DNA of 64,000 nt from contig CAZXWN010000009.1 of NCBI GenBank assembly GCA_964644695.1, forward strand, positions 1-64,000, read 5' to 3'. Below are positions 58,086 to 64,000 of this stretch, in pieces (position 1 is the first letter of the stretch; every line of letters begins with the position of its first letter). The translations under genes were made by a program, and so were the position numbers. Below the pieces are notes generated by a model. That model searched no databases. It was not told where the DNA came from and worked only from the letters and a program-made list of their open reading frames with translations. Origin of the DNA: an uncultured bacterium. GTDB lineage: Bacteria > UBP4 > UBA4092.

Positions 58086-59585
58086 TTAATCATGGGCCAT
58101 GCTCATGAGTTTACGAATGATATAAACCATCCCTTCCGTATCCTGGCGACAGTATTCTTCCAGATGTTTACGGACTTTGGCTTCTTCTTTTCGAGGAAGG
58201 GAATGAAACACCAGTTTCAGCAGTTGCCGGCCAGCCTCGCCTCCTTCGCTGATTTCCAGGGTGTCATATCGCAATCCGGTCAGGACGGGGAGTGTGGCTT
58301 TTAGAGAAGCACTTCCGTTTTGTTCCGGATGATAAAAATGGAAGTTTTTGAAGGGTTCCAATAAATCAACAAACCGCCCCCGGATTTGTTCCACCCAACG
58401 CCGGTATTGGGGGAAATGGGTCGCACATTCCTTCAAGCGGCTGGTTTCAAACTCCGCATTATAGGCCACGATGGAACCGGTTTTCCCTAACTTTTCTTTG
58501 AGTTGGCGGAGGAGTTCCGGACGCGGGTCTTCCTTTCCTGTGGCGAGAAACATATCGTGATGAATCTCACCCAGAGGGGAATCAACCCGATGCAGGCTGT
58601 ATTGAAAAGGAATATTCTCCCAAGGCCGCGAATGAATATAAGGGGGTACGGGAGACTGGAAGGTTTCAAAATCCAGGAAATAGACGGGATATTCCAAGAG
58701 GTTCAGAAATGATTTAATGGCCTCTTTGTCTATGTATGGTTTTTGAGTCTTTTCGGTAGTAACCTGAATGCGCTGTTTATCGGTTAATTCAAAATCTTCC
58801 GGTATATCGGACAAGGCATGGATTCCCTGACGCAACAAACTATAAGTGCGTTTTCTATTACTATCAGCGTGGAGTTGGAATACATGCCGTGGAGGAAGAA
58901 AGTTCCAGCAGGTTTCAAACAAGGGACACCCTTTTAGTCCATCGCAGTCATCAACGACATTTAATTCCGGCGGGTCTGGTTCAGCCAGGACACTTTGAAG
59001 AATCCGGACATTCTCTTCAACCTCTTCGAAATAATCGGCAATTTCCAGAGTAATATCTTTTTTCGTGAGAAGTTTATACGGGTCTATTTCTTTTGACCGG
59101 AGATAGTCTCCATTAATATGGATTTGCTGGATACGGCCAAGCTTCATACCTGCATGGGTCAAGACCCATTTTTGGAAGGCGGCTTCCCGCAGGTGATCTT
59201 CTTTCACGCCGGTACTGGTTTTCACCAGTAATAGATTCCAGGTATTGGCACGAGCCGCCGGAATCAGAATATCTGTGCGGGCAAAACACCCCTCATACCG
59301 GACTCCTACACGATAGCTGACCTGTGGTGACCGGATCACAATTTCTGATAATTTTAATGCTGCGTCCCAACCTGACCCGTCCCAGTCAACATCTACCCCA
59401 CCGGGGTAAAGTGTCTTGGCCCAGCGAAACACTTCTTCCCATGCATCGGGAACAGTTCCTGAAGGGCTGTTTTCGGTCAATTGCACCTTTTCCGGACGGT
59501 GTCGCAGGTACCATAATAGTTGCCGGCAATGCAGTCCGGTCAGATAGTCATGGCTGGTCAACAATGTTTGGCTGTTTTTTGACAT
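58086..59585 (-). CDS. DUF2779 family protein (Cas4/RecB-like nuclease fold + RNase H-like domain)
   Basis: GLHCRQLLW, RTDIL, VKTST, AFQ, CxxxxxCPxxxxC; FLDFET, PFQYSLH, AYNAEFE, VDL, SASLK, YCRQDT. Confidence 0.85.
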   Translation of the reverse strand: MSKNSQTLLTSHDYLTGLHCRQLLWYLRHRPEKVQLTENSPSGTVPDAWEEVFRWAKTLYPGGVDVDWDGSGWDAALKLSEIVIRSPQVSYRVGVRYEGCFARTDILIPAARANTWNLLLVKTSTGVKEDHLREAAFQKWVLTHAGMKLGRIQQIHINGDYLRSKEIDPYKLLTKKDITLEIADYFEEVEENVRILQSVLAEPDPPELNVVDDCDGLKGCPLFETCWNFLPPRHVFQLHADSNRKRTYSLLRQGIHALSDIPEDFELTDKQRIQVTTEKTQKPYIDKEAIKSFLNLLEYPVYFLDFETFQSPVPPYIHSRPWENIPFQYSLHRVDSPLGEIHHDMFLATGKEDPRPELLRQLKEKLGKTGSIVAYNAEFETSRLKECATHFPQYRRWVEQIRGRFVDLLEPFKNFHFYHPEQNGSASLKATLPVLTGLRYDTLEISEGGEAGRQLLKLVFHSLPRKEEAKVRKHLEEYCRQDTEGMVYIIRKLMSMAHD

Positions 59586-59666
59586 ATCCTGACTCGTATT
59601 ACTTATTAGACTATCGCAAAACCATGATAATGAGTCAATTAATTCTCATTCATAAACGATATAAAA

Positions 59667-59696
59667 AAGAGCCCTTCTGTGGGAAGAAGGGCTCTT
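59667..59696 (-). terminator. Intrinsic terminator
   Basis: AAGAGCCCTTCT/AGAAGGGCTCTT stem with an A-tract on the left. Confidence 0.75.
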
Positions 59697-59720
59697 GGAT
59701 GAATAGATTACGGTTTCAAT

Positions 59721-62700
59721 TTAATAAAGAGAGTCGTTGCCAGTATCCCAGGCGGAGGTCCCAGGAAGGAATGCCACGTCTTTAAGTTCCATCAACCCTA
59801 AATCAGAGAACTTGACCTGGACTTGATACTGATAGTAAGGACACAGCGCATTGCCTGCCAGGATATGGCGTCCCATGCTGTCCGTATCTTCTCCGTCTGT
59901 AACCTGTCCAAACTCCATTAATCCAAGGATTTGATTTCCTTTTTCCCAGATATTGTATTCCCCGGGGCGTTGGACTCCCATACAGGACATCATGAACAGG
60001 TCTTCATAATTCCGGTTCAGATTCGTCATGCTGACCCGGGCTCTCATTCCTACCATTCCTCCGGGAATTGCCGCCGGAGTACTGATAATCCCTGTCGTAG
60101 TATCCACAGCGGTTATTTTGATCCGGTTGATTCCTGAAGAACTTCCATATAGAGTCTGGGTTTGGGGGTCAACGGAGCAGAGAATAGTATCTCCCTGTGT
60201 TTCAATTCCCCAATACCGAGTGGGAGTGGGAATTCCTTCTCTTGCGAACTGATAGGTCCAGGGACGATAAACCGAGGTTTTTTCAAGATTCCAGGGTTGG
60301 GCCAGTGCCGGTGTTTCCTCTACTACCTGGATATCCTTAATATAAACATCGGTTGATGTAGCTCCCGGATTCTTCAGGTATATCTGGAAATAGCCTGAAC
60401 CAGATTGATGGGTATATAAAGGCATCTCTACCAAAGTCCAGGCGGTTGAGATACCCAGAACCATATTATAGTTGCCTTCAACATGGGCATCCCCCGGAAC
60501 GATACCCTTCATGTTGTACAAGTGGGCTTCCACAAAACTGTTGGATTGAGAAGCTCTTACCCGCATTTTGGCTGTGTACCAGGTGTTTTTCTGGTAATTC
60601 ATGAAGTTGCCCAGATTGGGCATGATTCGGCAGCCGGATTGCCCGGAAGCCAGGGTTACACGGAGAGTACCCGTTTCTGGAACGGCAATGTTGGCCGGAA
60701 GAACAGGATAGTCACTGAGTTGATGGACTACATAATTCTGATTGAATTGGGAGATTGTCGCAAACTGGCCGATTTGTTGTGCGCGGGGTTTAATGACAAT
60801 GACCGCCTGGTCCACATCGGCAAAGGGAGCTCTCACAGAGGGAGAAGCAAATACCGTGATTCTGGTTTCTGTGGTGAATCCTGATAAGGCGGTGATCCTC
60901 AGTACGGTATTCCGGGAGAACAAGGGGGAATACCAGCGAGCCGTGACTTGTCCCAGAGGATCAATAAGGATGGATCCTGTACGGCCATAAGAGGCTGGCC
61001 AGGCATTACCATTCTGATTAAAAGTATACTCTTTCAGGGATAAATCATAAGACTCACCCGGAGAGAGATTGATTTCGGGTAGTTTCTTGATCTGATAGGT
61101 GGAGACTTGGAGTTTCTGTCGGATTAATCGGATGGGAGTTTCCTGATAAGAAATTCCGTAATGGTATTCCACCGTAGTGGAGGAAGGATACCCGTTATAC
61201 AGGATAGTATTCCCGGAAAGTGAAGACAATCCCAGAGGATTACTTCCCACGAAATACACATAGTTCTGACGGAAAGGCCGATAGTCAGATAATACATAAT
61301 CTGTTGAGATGGCCTGGTTCTTATAGGCTTTTACCATGGGTAAATCGATGGTGCTGGCGGTACTCGACCGGTCATACACTTGGATGGAATTATCTCGATA
61401 TAGATAATATGTATACTTAAAAACACCCACAATACCTGTACTGTGAAAAGTCTCCAGAATGGGTGTATATGTACCTGGTTGGGAATAGGTCACTTTTCTG
61501 GTTATCGTATTGTAATTACCACCGGTAAGATTAGTTCCATCATAACGTAAATTAAAACCATATATGGTATCGCATTTGATTGTAAATACCGTTTCTAGAG
61601 GTGCATATCCCTGGTTAGGTGAGGCAAATATATCTCTTTCATTCCTGTAGGGTTGCAAGTACATTTTTACCACGGATTTTGATGTGACGGTTTCTGTTCC
61701 ATAGGAATATCTGATATAAAGGTTTGCATCATAGATTCCCGGTGTGTTCATGTTGATAGTTAACTGAGAGTAGTTCAGGCTGGGCACTGTTTTCCAGCCC
61801 ATATCATAGGGGCCCAGAACAAACTTCCACTCCGTTGCTTCAGAATCAAGATGAATACCCACAATTTCTTGTTGGGAACACAGGGCAGATCCTGTAAAGC
61901 TGAGTGAGAAATAATTGATTTGATGGGGATCATCCGTTACTTTGATATTGAGTTCATAGGTATCTGTACTATATGGTTTTTCAACAATCAGCTGGGGCGA
62001 ATAATCGCCATTGGTCGTATAGGTGAATTGGCGAGTGAAGAAATGCCGGTTTACGGTTTCCCATTCTCCTTCTCCTAAACCATAGTTCATTTTCCAACGA
62101 ATAGCAGTTGAGTCCAGATGAAAATAGAAATTATAGGGAAGAGAGTTTTCTAAGACTAACGAAGGGAAATGATAAGCGGGATATGTATTAATGTTAAACC
62201 TGTCAGGAAGTGTGGGTGTATTTCCCAGAGCTAATTTTAGCGGTTGGGTAATCGTTTCAAAGCCAAAGGTATTGTGTACAATCAGTTGGGGGAAATAATA
62301 GTCTGCTTCATCATAAAAATGGTCAATGGTAAACCTGGACTGAGTGACAGATTGCCAATCCGTATCCCCATCATCAAAATTCAACTTCCATTCAGTTGCC
62401 GTAGAATCAAGATTAACCACGAGCTTTACCGTATTGGGTGAATAGCCTGAGGAGGGGGATATTTCCAGTGAGTTTGGACCTTGTGATTTTCCAGGAAGAA
62501 CTTGAACAGCATCCCAATTGGTAAAGGTATGGTTTCCATAGGCATCTCTGATTATTAAGGTATGGTTGTAATATCCTGTGGAATCGTAACTGACTGGAAT
62601 TGCTAGGTATCTTTGGAAGACATCTCTTTGCCTATTTTTACCCCCTCCTAAATCACATTTGAAGACACCCACATAACTGGAGGAAAGTTTTACATAGGCA

Positions 62701-63389
62701 GTTGTCTGATCGAAGCAATGGACGACTGACGGTGAAGCCCGCATGGTGTTATCTTCCGTGGGTAATAAGTCTGTTGCCTGGACTGTCACACTATTTGTTT
62801 TAATAGAAACACTGCCGGTATAAATTACCATACTAATGTTATAGAACCCGGTCGTTGTAAAACTCAGATAATGTGCGGTTGGATTAGATAAAACGGGCAA
62901 TACATCTGTTACCGGTTCTGAATTGACCAGCAACTGATAATGGTCAACAAGGTCAGAAACAGCGACAACTAATCGAAAAGGGGTGTTCAAAGGAACGACG
63001 GTCTCATCGGGGATGAGTAAAGGATTTTCTAATAAAGGTTTATTCAGAACCCGGAGATAGTAGGGCAGCATATGAAAATAGGAGGTGGACCCGGTGTAAA
63101 TGACAAAAGAAGGTCGATAATTATTGGCAGTTTCATATACTTCCGTAAAGGTAGTGGAACTGCTATTTATCGGAAAATAGTGCTGCCCTCCATAGCTATA
63201 ATCAAACTTACATGTAGAAGTCCCAATTTCACTGGGCTCAAAGTTTAGCGTCCATTGAACGGTTGTGGGGCTGAATCCACAGTCTGGTGTTTCGGTGAAA
63301 TAGCTCCGCGCCTGACATAATCCTGCGGCTAGAATAAATATCCCCAGTACAAGTGCCCATAATGTCTTCCCAAATCCATGAGTCATCAC
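59721..63389 (-). CDS. Large secreted protein with tandem PKD-like beta-sandwich repeats
   Basis: Signal peptide; repeats PSSGYSPNTV, PNQGYAPLET, LDSTATEWKLNFDDG, TYTTNGDYSPQL, TYSQPGTYTP; Ser/Thr/Tyr-rich. Confidence 0.75.
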   Translation of the reverse strand: MMTHGFGKTLWALVLGIFILAAGLCQARSYFTETPDCGFSPTTVQWTLNFEPSEIGTSTCKFDYSYGGQHYFPINSSSTTFTEVYETANNYRPSFVIYTGSTSYFHMLPYYLRVLNKPLLENPLLIPDETVVPLNTPFRLVVAVSDLVDHYQLLVNSEPVTDVLPVLSNPTAHYLSFTTTGFYNISMVIYTGSVSIKTNSVTVQATDLLPTEDNTMRASPSVVHCFDQTTAYVKLSSSYVGVFKCDLGGGKNRQRDVFQRYLAIPVSYDSTGYYNHTLIIRDAYGNHTFTNWDAVQVLPGKSQGPNSLEISPSSGYSPNTVKLVVNLDSTATEWKLNFDDGDTDWQSVTQSRFTIDHFYDEADYYFPQLIVHNTFGFETITQPLKLALGNTPTLPDRFNINTYPAYHFPSLVLENSLPYNFYFHLDSTAIRWKMNYGLGEGEWETVNRHFFTRQFTYTTNGDYSPQLIVEKPYSTDTYELNIKVTDDPHQINYFSLSFTGSALCSQQEIVGIHLDSEATEWKFVLGPYDMGWKTVPSLNYSQLTINMNTPGIYDANLYIRYSYGTETVTSKSVVKMYLQPYRNERDIFASPNQGYAPLETVFTIKCDTIYGFNLRYDGTNLTGGNYNTITRKVTYSQPGTYTPILETFHSTGIVGVFKYTYYLYRDNSIQVYDRSSTASTIDLPMVKAYKNQAISTDYVLSDYRPFRQNYVYFVGSNPLGLSSLSGNTILYNGYPSSTTVEYHYGISYQETPIRLIRQKLQVSTYQIKKLPEINLSPGESYDLSLKEYTFNQNGNAWPASYGRTGSILIDPLGQVTARWYSPLFSRNTVLRITALSGFTTETRITVFASPSVRAPFADVDQAVIVIKPRAQQIGQFATISQFNQNYVVHQLSDYPVLPANIAVPETGTLRVTLASGQSGCRIMPNLGNFMNYQKNTWYTAKMRVRASQSNSFVEAHLYNMKGIVPGDAHVEGNYNMVLGISTAWTLVEMPLYTHQSGSGYFQIYLKNPGATSTDVYIKDIQVVEETPALAQPWNLEKTSVYRPWTYQFAREGIPTPTRYWGIETQGDTILCSVDPQTQTLYGSSSGINRIKITAVDTTTGIISTPAAIPGGMVGMRARVSMTNLNRNYEDLFMMSCMGVQRPGEYNIWEKGNQILGLMEFGQVTDGEDTDSMGRHILAGNALCPYYQYQVQVKFSDLGLMELKDVAFLPGTSAWDTGNDSLY

Positions 63390-63597
63390 ACGAATCCTCG
63401 CTTGTTTGATTGAAATTTGACTCGACGGTGCTTCCCAATATCTAACATCGCCTAACGGATTGAAATATAGTACAAGTTATCCATTTTCACAACTAAAACG
63501 CAAAAAAAATTAAGAAAAGGATTTCAAGCGCCTAACATAATCAGTATCAAACATCTATAAATCCATCATCTTGAGTGGATGTGAATTGCGGAGGGGA

Positions 63598-64000
63598 TTA
63601 TTCGGCGGCGGAGCGGTCACAGACCCAGATTTTATCTTTCCGGGGGCGGACCATGGCGGCGGGATAAACTCCCACAGCGGCCAGGGGTGCATTGAGTATA
63701 TTTTTGAGGGTATTTCTTTTGGATTCACCTGTGACAATGAACATGACCCGGTCGGCATGTGTCATGAAGGGGAGCGACATTGTCAGCCATTGTTCCTTAC
63801 CTTCTCTGTCAACAGGAACACCCGGAATGATCCATCGGTCGGTTTCTCGAAGTGTTTCCGCACCAGGAAAGAGGGTGGCAGTATGTCCATCTGTACCCAT
63901 TCCCAACACAATCAGGTCCAGCAATGCCCGACCATCATTGATTCGGTCATTCAGATGTTCTCGAATTTTCTGGGAGTATCCCGCTGCTGCGGCCATCGGG
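63598..64000 (-). CDS. pgl: 6-phosphogluconolactonase, 5' part outside the window
   Basis: DLIVLGMGTDGHTATLFPG, LTMSLP, VTGESK, YPAAMV. Confidence 0.88.
   Translation of the reverse strand, partial: PMAAAAGYSQKIREHLNDRINDGRALLDLIVLGMGTDGHTATLFPGAETLRETDRWIIPGVPVDREGKEQWLTMSLPFMTHADRVMFIVTGESKRNTLKNILNAPLAAVGVYPAAMVRPRKDKIWVCDRSAAE

Noticed and set aside
1..64000. tRNA, rRNA, transposase or phage genes
   Set aside because: None recognised by eye in the intergenic regions or ORF track; tRNAscan-SE and ISEScan would confirm.

Overview
Bacterial chromosomal window with no rRNA, tRNA, CRISPR array, integrase or transposase that I could recognise. It holds about 50 CDS. Housekeeping blocks are ilvE-mcsA-mcsB-clpC, hypC-hypD, kdpABC-kdpD, T2SS/T4P minor pseudopilins (GspI/J/K-like), an Fe3+/polyamine-type ABC ATPase and permease, speB, a dksA-like gene, a glutathione peroxidase and pgl. 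These are interspersed with two c-di-GMP signalling proteins, GT-C membrane glycosyltransferases and many secreted hypothetical proteins. Protein signatures (C-terminal VPVELSEF and WPLY tails, a YDPTNG..GDI pilin-like protein, mcsAB without adjacent ctsR) suggest a diderm candidate-phylum organism, possibly Sumerlaeota/BRC1-like; this is inference from recalled patterns. The best-supported unusual features are: (1) a clear c-di-AMP (ydaO/yuaA) riboswitch on the kdp operon, paired with a KdpD lacking its kinase half and no kdpE/kdpF; (2) a ~431-bp tandem duplication with a 112-bp identical clpC tail but a diverged small gene; (3) a dispersed intergenic element made of 11-bp-phased units lying near composition boundaries; (4) short C-terminal tails that may be an undescribed sorting signal; (5) a beta-lactamase-fold protein with all three catalytic motifs lost, coupled to an O-antigen-ligase-like gene; (6) a structured leader upstream of agmatinase. 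No complete novel system can be proven from the sequence alone.
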